Assembly: GCA_038064835.1 (NCBI GenBank)
Contig: JBBTSD010000007.1
Location: 4,893 to 68,892, forward strand
Length of the DNA stretch: 64,000 bases
Reading direction: 5' to 3'
DNA from: Patescibacteria group bacterium
GTDB taxonomy: Bacteria > Patescibacteriota > Minisyncoccia > Phycocordibacterales > UBA2100
Shown: one piece after another, positions 1 to 9,244 of the stretch
Layout of the letters: every line of letters begins with the position of its first letter
How positions within the stretch are numbered: the stretch's first letter is position 1
Position numbers and translations under genes: made by a program
Notes under the pieces: generated by a model
Database searches by the model: none
What the model was told of the DNA's origin: nothing
Seen by the model: only the letters and a program-made list of their open reading frames with translations

Positions 1-18
1 TTGTTGTTCCGGTAAAAA

Positions 19-1473
19 TCACTGCTCTCGGTAAATTTCTCTCGCAAAGAGATCTCCTAAAGCTTTCGGGTCCCCTGAACCCTTTGTAGCTTTCATGGCC
101 TGTCCTACAAGAAATTGTAGTGAGGACGCCTTCCCATCTTTGTATTGCTGAACCACTGCCAGGTTGCTTTTGATAACTTCCTGAACAACTGGAAGTAAGC
201 TCGCCTCATCTCTCTTTTGACGCAATCCGCTCGAGTCAGCGATTGTTTCTGGATCCCCACCGCTAGTTACCATAATACTGAGTATGTCTTTGGCTCCTCG
301 TGAGGAGACGGAATTGTTCTGTAACATTTGAACAAGTTTGGAAAAGTTTTTCGGAGTAAAATTTACCGGAATATCTTTTATTTCTGAATCTCGCCCCGCG
401 GTTTCTCGAAGTATGCCGACAAGGTCAGTTGCAAGGTAGTTGACGGACAGACGAACGGCAGACGCAGACGCGTCGAAACAGCCACAGACACGATCAAAGA
501 AATCCCCTAAGACCTTGTTACACACAAACAGATCAGCCTCAACGGGCGTCAGCCCCATGCCCAGGTATCGAGCGCGGCGTGCCCACGGGAGCTCAGGCAA
601 CACCAAGGCTTGAACATCAGGTATCTGGACACACTGAATCTTCGGTAAGTCGGGGTCAGGAAAGTAGCGGTAATCTGCAGAACCCTCCTTGGTTCTTTGT
701 CGAAAGGTCTCTTGCCTCGCCTCGTCCCAGCCTCGTGTCTCTTGAAGTACCGCCCTTCCAGATCTTATCTCTGCCGCCTGACGCTTCATTTCGAACTGAA
801 CCGCCCTCTCGACTGATTTAAATGAGTTCAAATTTTTAACTTCGACTTTTACACCCAGAGATCCTTTTGGCGCCATAGATATATTTGCCTCAATGCGCAT
901 CTCTCCAGCTTCCATGTTTGCAGTGCTGACACCTAAGTAGCGTAGGAGCAATTGGAGCTCCTGCGCGAAGGTCGCCACCTGCTCAGGAGTGTGCATTACT
1001 GGCTCAGTGACCAACTCCATCAACGGCACACCCGACCGGTTGTAGTCCACTAAAGTCTTCCCAGACGAATCGTGTATCGATCGCGCCGTGTCTTCCTCGA
1101 GGTGTATGCGTGTTAATGCCACTCCAGATAGAGCGCCGCCGGATACCAAAGGAAACTCGTATTGGCTTATCTGATAACCCTTTGGCTGATCAGGATAAAA
1201 ATAATTCTTTCGGTCGAACTCAGTGTAATCTGCGAGCCTCCCTCCCACTGCTTTGCCAACTTTGAGAACATGGAGAACCGCGTCTTTGTTTATTGTCGGG
1301 AGAGTCCCAGGGTGAGCAAGGCAAATTGGGCAGATGTTGGTATTAGGCCCTGTCAAAACAGTGCTATTTGCAGAGTCGCAGAACATCTTAGTCTTTGTGC
1401 GGAGCTCTGCATGTACTTCCAAACCAACAGTAAGTAACAATTCGCCTCCTCGCCCATTTTGCTCTGTTTCCAT
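19..1473 (-). CDS. gatB: Asp-tRNA(Asn)/Glu-tRNA(Gln) amidotransferase subunit B
   Basis: VGLEVHAEL, CPICLAHPGTLP, FDRKNYFYPD, HLEEDT, YRYFPDPDL motifs; C-terminal YqeY-like domain. Confidence 0.97.
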   Translation of the reverse strand: METEQNGRGGELLLTVGLEVHAELRTKTKMFCDSANSTVLTGPNTNICPICLAHPGTLPTINKDAVLHVLKVGKAVGGRLADYTEFDRKNYFYPDQPKGYQISQYEFPLVSGGALSGVALTRIHLEEDTARSIHDSSGKTLVDYNRSGVPLMELVTEPVMHTPEQVATFAQELQLLLRYLGVSTANMEAGEMRIEANISMAPKGSLGVKVEVKNLNSFKSVERAVQFEMKRQAAEIRSGRAVLQETRGWDEARQETFRQRTKEGSADYRYFPDPDLPKIQCVQIPDVQALVLPELPWARRARYLGMGLTPVEADLFVCNKVLGDFFDRVCGCFDASASAVRLSVNYLATDLVGILRETAGRDSEIKDIPVNFTPKNFSKLVQMLQNNSVSSRGAKDILSIMVTSGGDPETIADSSGLRQKRDEASLLPVVQEVIKSNLAVVQQYKDGKASSLQFLVGQAMKATKGSGDPKALGDLFAREIYREQ

Positions 1474-1784
1474 GAGGCAACTGTACCAAAGCGCGCCAGC
1501 ATCGCAACACTGGGGACATACGAAAAAACTTCATACGAAGTATGAGTGCATTAGGTGACTTGGAAATTAGTCTGCCGAAACCCTGCGAGCAGGTATACAT
1601 GTACGAGAGCTGTACATCTATCCCTGTCCGCACGGCAGATTGTCCAGATGGAGCGTTGTCGAGCAACGCTCCAAAAAGACCCGCAAATCTAAGCCGAGAT
1701 TCGCAATTTTTGCCGAGATTCCATTTAAATCAACGCTCGTCTGGCCGAGATACAGAGAGGCCTGTCCAAGGAAGGATCCTAAGT

Positions 1785-4289
1785 CTACTTCACAATCGTC
1801 CACTTCCCAGTAGCAAGTAGGGACTCTGCCTTTTTGTACTTCATCTCGCGCCTCTCGTTTCCATCAGTGATAGTGACTTTGTCATTACGCCCAGGAGTAT
1901 CTGTAGTGTTCGTCGACGCTTCCCTTCCGACAATAGCCTGGACACCTTCCCTTACTGCAACCAGCTGAGGCGCCTCTCTCTTTGTAAATTCTCCGCCGGA
2001 GAGACGCGGTAGCATTTCTGCGACATGTGAGCGGTAGAACTCTTCCATATGCTTGAATTGAGAAAGACCCTCCTTTTTGTATTCAACGAGTGGGTCACGC
2101 TGGCCATATGCCCGTAGATTCACACTACTTCGCATATAGTCCATGGTCTCGAGATGATCTACCCAAAGGAGGTCGATTGTCTGGAAAAGAAGTTTTTGCA
2201 CACCACTGTAAAATTGCTCTACACCAAGCTCTGTTTTCTTCTTCTCAAATTCCTCGGTAAGCGTCGCGTTGTTCTCAAATAAGCGCATGAGCTCAGCATC
2301 AACAGCTTCCGGCCCTCCGACCAGGAGTGCGCGCCGACGCGCGTACACACTTTTTCTTTGCACATTCATGACATCGTCATATGCGAGCACATGCTTTCTT
2401 GCGTCAAAATTCAATTCCTCAATGCGCGTTTGCGCTCGTTCGAGTGAACGAGTAATCATCGGCGTGTAGATGGGTTCATCCTCTGGTATACCAAATGTTC
2501 CCATCACTTTTTTCACCATGTCGGATGCAAAGACACGCATAAGAGAGTCTTCGAGTGAAACAAAGAATTGAGTTTCTCCGGGATCCCCCTGTCTCCCTGC
2601 CCGTCCACGAAGCTGATTGTCGATTCGTCGTGCCTCATGCCGCTCGGTGCCAAGTACGAATAGACCACCACTCTTTTTAACTTCCTCAAGATCTTCGGGT
2701 GTGGCTGGATTGCCCCCCAATTTTATGTCAACACCACGGCCTGCCATGTTGGTGGCAATCGTGACCGCCCCCTTCCGACCGGCCTGTGCAATTATTTCTG
2801 CTTCGCGTTCGTGATTCTTGGCGTTCAAAATTTCGTGTGGCACCCCCTCTTGTTTGAAGTGAGCTGAGAGCAATTCATTCTTTTCGACCGATGCGGTTCC
2901 CACCAAAACTGGCTGGCCTTTCTCTTGGAGTGCTTTGACTTGTCGTGCTATGGCCTTGAACTTCCCACGCTCTGTTTGAAAAATTTGATCTTCGTGATCA
3001 ACTCGACGCGATGTCTGATTGGTAGGGATAGCGACCGTGTTTAGACCGTAGACTTTGTAAAATTCTTCTGCCGAAGTGGCAGCTGTCCCCGTCATACCAG
3101 ACAGCCTTTCGTACAAACGAAAGTAGTTTTGGTAGGTGATAGACGCAAAAGTACGCGATTCACGCTGTATCGAGACTTTTTCTTTTGCTTCGATCGCTTG
3201 ATGTAGCCCATCACTCCAGCGTCGTCCAGGTTGCAAACGACCTGTGAATTCATCGACAATCACGACTTCACCATCACGGACTACATAGTCTTTATCCTTC
3301 TGAAAGAGCGCATTGGCTCGAACCGCTGTCTCTAGGTGGTGGACATATTTGATTCCCGCGTCTGTATAGATATTTTCTATACCGAGCGCTTTTTCGGCCT
3401 TTTCGATTCCTGAATCAGAGAGTGCGATTTGTTTATGTTTCTCGTCAATTACAAAATCTTCTTCTGTGACGAGTGAGTGGGCAATGATATCAAACCGAGC
3501 ATAGAGGTTTTCTGCATCAGTTGTGGGTGACGAGATTATGAGGGGTGTGCGCGCCTCATCGATTAGAATCGAATCTATCTCGTCAACAATGGCGTAGTGG
3601 TAACCTCGTTGGCGAAGTCTTGCTGCATCTTGCTCGAGGTTGTCATGGAGGTAGTCGAAGCCAAACTCCTGATTTGTGCCGTAAGTTATATCTGCAGCAT
3701 ATGCCTCCCCTCGCGTACAGGGACGCAAAAATTCGGGCACTACCCGGAAAGACCCAGTCTCGCCCTGACTCTGTTCGGTAGCTTTGCTTGTACCGTCATA
3801 TATGTATGAGGCCTGATGGTTCAATACTCCAGTACTGAGACCAAGGAAGGCATACACTGCCCCCATCCATGCAGCGTCGCGCCGTGAGAGGTAGTCGTTT
3901 ACGGTGATGACATGCACTCCTTTCCCGCTAAGCGCATTGAGATATGCAGGCAAAGTAGCGACCAGCGTCTTCCCTTCTCCGGTGCGCATTTCGGCAATCC
4001 CTCCCTGGTGGAGGACGAATCCTCCGACTATTTGCACATCGAAATGTCTCTGGCCCAATGTTCGTCTCGCACCTTCACGCACGACTGCAAAAGCCTCTGG
4101 TGCGATTGAATCAATCGTAGCCCCCTCAGCAAGTCTCTTTCGAAACTCAGCAGTTTTTTCTGAAAGCGCCGCATCACTCAAGCCTCTTATAGTTTCTTCG
4201 AGTGAGGTTACCCCGCCCACCAGAGCCTCGGCTCGCTTTAAGGCGGCGAGATTTTCATCCCCCGTGAGTCGTTTTAGCCAGGACAACAT
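1785..4289 (-). CDS. secA: Preprotein translocase ATPase SecA
   Basis: IAEMRTGEGKT Walker A, IVDEIDSILIDEARTPLIIS, ATNMAGRGVDI, QLRGRAGRQGDPG; no C-terminal Zn-Cys motif. Confidence 0.98.
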   Translation of the reverse strand: MLSWLKRLTGDENLAALKRAEALVGGVTSLEETIRGLSDAALSEKTAEFRKRLAEGATIDSIAPEAFAVVREGARRTLGQRHFDVQIVGGFVLHQGGIAEMRTGEGKTLVATLPAYLNALSGKGVHVITVNDYLSRRDAAWMGAVYAFLGLSTGVLNHQASYIYDGTSKATEQSQGETGSFRVVPEFLRPCTRGEAYAADITYGTNQEFGFDYLHDNLEQDAARLRQRGYHYAIVDEIDSILIDEARTPLIISSPTTDAENLYARFDIIAHSLVTEEDFVIDEKHKQIALSDSGIEKAEKALGIENIYTDAGIKYVHHLETAVRANALFQKDKDYVVRDGEVVIVDEFTGRLQPGRRWSDGLHQAIEAKEKVSIQRESRTFASITYQNYFRLYERLSGMTGTAATSAEEFYKVYGLNTVAIPTNQTSRRVDHEDQIFQTERGKFKAIARQVKALQEKGQPVLVGTASVEKNELLSAHFKQEGVPHEILNAKNHEREAEIIAQAGRKGAVTIATNMAGRGVDIKLGGNPATPEDLEEVKKSGGLFVLGTERHEARRIDNQLRGRAGRQGDPGETQFFVSLEDSLMRVFASDMVKKVMGTFGIPEDEPIYTPMITRSLERAQTRIEELNFDARKHVLAYDDVMNVQRKSVYARRRALLVGGPEAVDAELMRLFENNATLTEEFEKKKTELGVEQFYSGVQKLLFQTIDLLWVDHLETMDYMRSSVNLRAYGQRDPLVEYKKEGLSQFKHMEEFYRSHVAEMLPRLSGGEFTKREAPQLVAVREGVQAIVGREASTNTTDTPGRNDKVTITDGNERREMKYKKAESLLATGKWTIVK

Positions 4290-4379
4290 GGGGTCAGCAT
4301 ACTTGAAAAGATGCTTATTCTCAAGCGTAATGATTCAAAGCAACTTGCTGCACGGTACTTTCATTTATCAGAACCTGAC

Positions 4380-4415
4380 AAAAGAAAATCACCGCTTTCG
4401 CGGTGATTTTCTTTT
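4380..4415. terminator. Intrinsic terminator (symmetric) after the Lys-rich ORF
   Basis: Perfect 16-bp inverted repeat AAAAGAAAATCACCGC-tttc-GCGGTGATTTTCTTTT. Confidence 0.85.
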
Positions 4416-4417
4416 AG

Positions 4418-4483
4418 CTAGCGCTTCTTTCCGCGCTTTGCCTTCTTTGCCTTCTTCTTTGCTGCCTTCTTTTTCTTTGCCAT
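4418..4483 (-). CDS. 21-aa Lys/Ala-rich basic peptide MAKKKKAAKKKAKKAKRGKKR (below ORF-track cutoff)
   Basis: Clean ATG..TAG frame with repetitive AAG/GCA codons, terminator immediately downstream. Confidence 0.75.
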   Translation of the reverse strand: MAKKKKAAKKKAKKAKRGKKR

Positions 4484-4594
4484 ATGTAAGTAGTGCGCTA
4501 CTTTGTATTAACTTTTGTCGACCACTCTCAATGAGAGTTGCTTTGCATATTATCTATCACGCTGAATATATAGCGATGGAATAAAAAATAATTG

Positions 4595-4603
4595 TGTGGA
4601 TAA
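4595..4603 (-). promoter_or_regulatory. Consensus DnaA box TTATCCACA
   Basis: TGTGGATAA on + strand in an AT-rich spacer upstream of the Lys-rich ORF; single copy. Confidence 0.5.
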
Positions 4604-4642
4604 CTTTGTATTCGTGAGAATTATAGAGAAAATAATTTTTTA

Positions 4643-4675
4643 AAAAACTTCCGCACAGAATGTGCGGAAGTTTTT
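4643..4675. terminator. Intrinsic terminator
   Basis: AAAAACTTCCGCACA-gaa-TGTGCGGAAGTTTTT, 15-bp stem with T-tracts on both strands. Confidence 0.85.
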
Positions 4676-4838
4676 CTTGCATTTATTTTCGATACACGGT
4701 GGAGGACGGGTGCGAGCTCCAAAATGAAAGTTTAATGTGAGTGCAGCCGCCCTCCACCCTATATCCAAAACCTACCCACACCATATCACACAGAAGACTA
4801 TCTGATGGTTGCGTAGGTGGAAAACGAAACACGTACAG
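4676..4838 (-). ncRNA. Candidate structured ncRNA (~160-195 nt, possibly 6S-like)
   Basis: TATAAT at 4850-4845 (-), long imperfect stems with G-U pairs on the minus strand, terminator 4643-4675, no convincing ORF. Confidence 0.45.
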
Positions 4839-4855
4839 ACCTTCATTATAAGTAT

Positions 4856-4929
4856 GGAAACGCAAAATCCCGCCGAGACGGGATTTAGCGTAAACTTTCT
4901 TGTGTGCTCAACAACTTGTTGCACTCACC
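4856..4929 (-). ncRNA. Candidate ~75-nt small RNA
   Basis: Lies between a consensus promoter (4962-4935) and hairpin CGCTAAATCCCG-tctcgg-CGGGATTTTGCG-TTT (4890-4858). Confidence 0.4.
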
Positions 4930-4934
4930 CGATT

Positions 4935-4962
4935 ATTCTAGCAATTTGTGTGTTTTCGTCAA
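4935..4962 (-). promoter_or_regulatory. Sigma70-type promoter TTGACG-N16-TAGAAT with extended TGn
   Basis: Minus strand ttgacg aaaacacacaaattgc tagaat. Confidence 0.65.
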
Positions 4963-5000
4963 TAGTCATCTGGTATTCGCAGGGGATACACCGGTAGGAG

Positions 5001-7382
5001 CTAGTTTGAGAGATTCACCTTCCCTTCGCGCACCTGCTTGATAAGGACACTTAAGTCAGCGGATGCTTGTGGGATATCTCGTGCGGCCTGTTCGAGAACC
5101 TCTATCGATTTCGCCTTCTTTCCATCGGCATAGTATGCGGCGGCTCTTGCGACACGCGCCTGCAAATCAGTCGGTTCTGCCTTCATGCGCGCCTCCCACA
5201 AGTCACCGATCTTTGAAAACTGTCTCTGAGCTACGAAGGCATTGATGACGCGCGGATTTGGCGTTGCACCTACGAGTGGCACGAGGAGCTCGTCTGCGAG
5301 CGTGTTGTCTCCTGCAAGTATTGCAAGTGTGGCGTACATGACACGCGCCTCGTCGAAAGCTGGTGCCGCTTCGAAAGTTTCTTTGGCGAGCGCCAAAGCA
5401 CCCGCTAAATCGCCGCGGGTAACCCTATTCGCCACAAGCTGAAAGCTAATTCCTTGCTTTGCAGGCGAAAGTGTATGCGCCTTTTCTAAGTGCGGAGCTG
5501 CTTGCTCGTGTTGCCCCGCAGCTCCGAAAATAATCCCGGCAATTAGTGGGAATCGAGCGTCTTGGGGAGCGGCCGCAATCTGCACTTCCATCTCGCGCAC
5601 CGCAACAGCAAATATCGTCTTTTTTATCTCCTCGGGGACCTGTGGTGCCACCAGTATATTGGTAGCATTTTGCGCAAGATGTTCGCGAATTTCTTGTGAT
5701 CCGAAAGTGTGATATGACAACGCTCGCTCGACAAGTACAACCCCCTCTTGAATCTTGCCTGTTGAAAGCTGACGGAGTGACTCGAGAAGGACCTTGTTTG
5801 CTACCAGAGCTTTTCCATTGACCGTCCACACCACTAGTCCCAATACAATGAGTACTCCAGCAGTAATCGCCGCAAGCGCACCCCGAGAAACCTGGAGACT
5901 TTCCATGAGATACGGCCGTGACCCTGCTTCGTTCATCCGTACCACCATATACGCAAGCAGTGCGAAGAAAACCATGTAGCTTGTAATGTTGTCGAATACG
6001 AATAGGTTGTGGAACAAGTAGCCAGCAAAAAGTCCTGTCAGGATACTTCGCTCAGCGATACTGAATACGCCACTCCGCCATAGTCCCCAGAGTGCTAGGA
6101 AAAATATGCTCGCGTACGCGACAAAACCAATCACTCCGGCGGCAACAAGCCAGTCAAAAACCACATTGTGTACGCGATCAAACCAAGGCTCTTGTGCATA
6201 CATTTGCGGGTCGAAGTATTTATTGAATACCAAGTTGTAATTCTCTTGACCCCAGCCCAACAAAGGTCGTTCGCGGACTCCTTGGATCGCCATTTGATAA
6301 TTAAGAAAGCGAGATTTGACCGTGGTTTCAGTAAGCGAAATGGATGCGAGTCTACTGAGTGGCTCGACAGAGCGCACAAAGGCCGTGTCCTTGATAGCGA
6401 GGAACCCCCCGACGAGCAGTAATACGCCCAGCACCACAGCAATGCTTGCACGCCACGCATTCTTTGACTGATGTGCAAGAAGCACCAAGAGAATTGCTGA
6501 AAGCATGATGCCGCCAAGAGCGCCGATGATTGCTCCGCGTGTTGCAGTGAAGAACAGAGCCGTGGCTTGCAACAACATGGCCATCCCAAGCATCACATGT
6601 GCCGACCAGCGCGAGCTGGTACGCGCCCACGCAAAAAGCCACAATGCGATCGAAAGTATGAGAAGTACAGTCCATTCCTTTCGTGCCGGGCTCACTTGAA
6701 AAAGAGGGTGCGGAAGAGCAAGTGAAATAACAAAGAGCTGACCGACTGCCGCCGCCCCATACACATGCCACTTGGTATACCATTGATTAAGGCGTACCCC
6801 GCCGTCCTTCCACTCTTCTGAAAACAGGAGCGCTGCAACAAACATGTGAAAGAACATGTAAATACCCATGTAGGTTGCATTACCAAATGTGGCGTCAAGA
6901 CGAATACCACCTTGGTTGATGACCAGGAATCCTGAAAGCTGGAGCATGCCGTATACCGCAGCGAGAAACGAAACCCCTACTGAGGTATGCCAAAAACGAC
7001 GCCACAGATCTGCTGTATTGAGCATACCTATAAGTACAGCGGTGTAGACAAGCAGATGAGCCAGTGTGACCCACCCCTCCATACGCTCATAGTTACTCCA
7101 GATACTTTTTGCAGGATTTGCACCAAACAAATCGGCTATACCAACAACAAACACAAATATGGCAATGCTCGCCAAAAGCCATGAACGACGAGGTCGGTAT
7201 ATAGGATTTACGAGAGCCAGAGCGAGCCAGAGAGCGCCTAGTACCTCAACTACGATACGAAAGGTAAAGTTTTTCCCTGTAATAAACGGAAAGAAGAGAG
7301 AGTTGCTGACGATAAGGGGTATAAACGGGATAAAGAACACTCCGGCGAGGACGGTGCCTCGTAGCATTTTTTCTAATGTCAT
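5001..7382 (-). CDS. O-antigen ligase / oligosaccharyltransferase-like membrane protein (Wzy_C) with C-terminal TPR-like region
   Basis: Many TM helices, ATFGNATY, TATRGA, RPLLGWGQENY, FDRVHN motifs; start moved to MTLEK (TGT-TACAGT-N6-ATG). Confidence 0.85.
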   Translation of the reverse strand: MTLEKMLRGTVLAGVFFIPFIPLIVSNSLFFPFITGKNFTFRIVVEVLGALWLALALVNPIYRPRRSWLLASIAIFVFVVGIADLFGANPAKSIWSNYERMEGWVTLAHLLVYTAVLIGMLNTADLWRRFWHTSVGVSFLAAVYGMLQLSGFLVINQGGIRLDATFGNATYMGIYMFFHMFVAALLFSEEWKDGGVRLNQWYTKWHVYGAAAVGQLFVISLALPHPLFQVSPARKEWTVLLILSIALWLFAWARTSSRWSAHVMLGMAMLLQATALFFTATRGAIIGALGGIMLSAILLVLLAHQSKNAWRASIAVVLGVLLLVGGFLAIKDTAFVRSVEPLSRLASISLTETTVKSRFLNYQMAIQGVRERPLLGWGQENYNLVFNKYFDPQMYAQEPWFDRVHNVVFDWLVAAGVIGFVAYASIFFLALWGLWRSGVFSIAERSILTGLFAGYLFHNLFVFDNITSYMVFFALLAYMVVRMNEAGSRPYLMESLQVSRGALAAITAGVLIVLGLVVWTVNGKALVANKVLLESLRQLSTGKIQEGVVLVERALSYHTFGSQEIREHLAQNATNILVAPQVPEEIKKTIFAVAVREMEVQIAAAPQDARFPLIAGIIFGAAGQHEQAAPHLEKAHTLSPAKQGISFQLVANRVTRGDLAGALALAKETFEAAPAFDEARVMYATLAILAGDNTLADELLVPLVGATPNPRVINAFVAQRQFSKIGDLWEARMKAEPTDLQARVARAAAYYADGKKAKSIEVLEQAARDIPQASADLSVLIKQVREGKVNLSN

Positions 7383-7414
7383 GGCGACACTGTAACAAAC
7401 CAATAGAAAGCGCG

Positions 7415-7882
7415 CTATATAGCCACACCTTCCTTGACACGCTTTTCCACATTGGCTGTGAGCCAAGACGACGATTGCACCTTGCCACCCTTCCCAATAC
7501 CAAACACCATTTTTATTCCGTACTTCTTGCAGACCGCGCCTTCAGGAATATCGTTTATATTCTTTCGATCACCTCCGTTTGCAAACACGTGCGGTTTGAC
7601 GCGAGCGAGATCACGGCAGACAGAACGGTCTGGGTCATTTGGATTATGCCTCGTAATTACGACTTTATCGACAGCCCGAAGGGCCGAGATTACTTCTTTT
7701 CGTTCTTTCTCGGGCATGAAAGCAAATCCTTTTTTGGCCATGAGCCAATTATCATTGTTCAGAATCACCACAAGCTTGTCCCCTAGTTTTTTTGCCCGCT
7801 CAAACATACGCGTGTGTCCAATATGCACGGGATCAAATCCACCCGAGACAGCCACCCACACCTCTTTTTTCTTTTTTTTCAT
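7415..7882 (-). CDS. Cytidylyltransferase-like nucleotidyltransferase (TagD/RibL/RfaE-II family)
   Basis: SGGFDPVHIGH HIGH motif, ANGGDR, QSSS C-terminal motif. Confidence 0.85.
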   Translation of the reverse strand: MKKKKKEVWVAVSGGFDPVHIGHTRMFERAKKLGDKLVVILNNDNWLMAKKGFAFMPEKERKEVISALRAVDKVVITRHNPNDPDRSVCRDLARVKPHVFANGGDRKNINDIPEGAVCKKYGIKMVFGIGKGGKVQSSSWLTANVEKRVKEGVAI

Positions 7883-7984
7883 AGGCCCCATAGTGTGTCA
7901 TCTTTCGCTCGCATGCAACACGGGCCACCGTGCTCTATGTTGATTCTACTGGCGTACTTGCGCTTAACGCGTTAGCATGGGCTG

Positions 7985-9244
7985 ATGATTCGATGCGCCA
8001 AAGAGCAGATTGTCAAAACACTCCGCTGGAGCGAACGGTACACCAAGACTGATATGGTGTATCTTGCCAGCAGTGGTTTTTGGCTTACCTCCGGACGTCT
8101 TTTTTCTGTCGCAAGCGGCACTCTTCTCACCATCGCTTTTGCCAACTTATTCTCCCCGACTTCGTTTGGTACCTATAAGTATGTACTCTCGATTGCTGGT
8201 GTTGTGGGGGCATTTTCGTTAGGTGGCTTGGGGGGCGCAGTAACACGCGCAATAGCTCAGGGAAATATTCATATCGTCCGTGCAGTTTTTCGAGTGAGCG
8301 TGTTGTGGAGCATACCTGCAAGCGCAGTAGCACTTGCGGGATCCGCATACTACTTCTGGAACGGCAATGTGCACCTTGGCACCGGCCTTCTTCTGATTGC
8401 AATAACAAACCCATTTCTCAACGGCTTCACTCTCTGGAAAAGCACCCTTCTTGGTGCGCAAGACTTCCGCGGACTCACCATGTACGGAATGCCACGAGCC
8501 CTTATCCCTGTCGCACTCCTGCTTGGAACACTCTTAATGACGCAAGAAGTGCCTATTATTTTAGCTGTGTACTTCTTCTCTAATCTACTTGTTGGATGGG
8601 TGATATACGAGATGACCTTACGCAAACATCATATCGGTGATGGGGGGACCGGTGTGGGTGAAATTGTTACCTATGGAAAACATATGAGTGTCATGGGCGC
8701 ACTATCCCAAGCGGTGGGAAACCTTGATCAGTTACTCCTATGGCATTTTGCCGGACCGGTGCAACTCGCTATATATGCCTTCGCGCTAGCTCCAATTCGT
8801 GAACTTCGCAGTTTCCCAGAAAACATATACCCGATTATTTTTCCAAAAATGGCAACAAAAACCGTAGAAGAAATGAAGCGCACTGTGCCACTGCGTATGA
8901 AGCAGTTGTTGCTTGTTTCGTGCCTCATTGCAGGTATATACATTTTTCTTGCACCACTCCTGTATACAATTGTCTTTCCTCAGTATGTAACAGCAATCTT
9001 TGCAAGCCAGCTTTTAGCACTCACGCTCGTCCTCCAACCCCGAGGGGTCGTTGAGACCATGCTGTATGTCGAAGGTAATACGAAAATTCGCTATGTAACT
9101 ATTTTTGTGACACAGGGAGCCAAAGTGATATTGTGGGTTATTCTGATCCCCTTGTATGGAATTATGGGTGCAGTTATAGGGACAGTGGTTACCGATATCG
9201 TTTCCTCTCTTGCTTTGTGGTGGGCGTACAAAAAGTTAGTGTAG
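7985..9244 (+). CDS. wzx: Wzx-type polysaccharide flippase (MOP family)
   Basis: 419 aa, ~12 TM helices, FGTYKY and NLDQLLL..GP.QLAIY signatures; in glycan locus. Confidence 0.8.
   Translation: MIRCAKEQIVKTLRWSERYTKTDMVYLASSGFWLTSGRLFSVASGTLLTIAFANLFSPTSFGTYKYVLSIAGVVGAFSLGGLGGAVTRAIAQGNIHIVRAVFRVSVLWSIPASAVALAGSAYYFWNGNVHLGTGLLLIAITNPFLNGFTLWKSTLLGAQDFRGLTMYGMPRALIPVALLLGTLLMTQEVPIILAVYFFSNLLVGWVIYEMTLRKHHIGDGGTGVGEIVTYGKHMSVMGALSQAVGNLDQLLLWHFAGPVQLAIYAFALAPIRELRSFPENIYPIIFPKMATKTVEEMKRTVPLRMKQLLLVSCLIAGIYIFLAPLLYTIVFPQYVTAIFASQLLALTLVLQPRGVVETMLYVEGNTKIRYVTIFVTQGAKVILWVILIPLYGIMGAVIGTVVTDIVSSLALWWAYKKLV

Noticed and set aside
4418-4483. CTT/TGC low-complexity tract as a microsatellite or CRISPR-like repeat
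   Set aside because: Explained by Lys/Ala codons of the small ORF; no repeat-spacer periodicity
4560-4680. Possible replication origin (AT-rich with a DnaA box)
   Set aside because: Only one consensus box seen and no dnaA/dnaN in the window
7865-7879. Poly-T tracts as phase-variation switches (also T8 near 27572)
   Set aside because: Short, encode Lys/Phe runs, frames intact; no evidence of slippage from a single sequence
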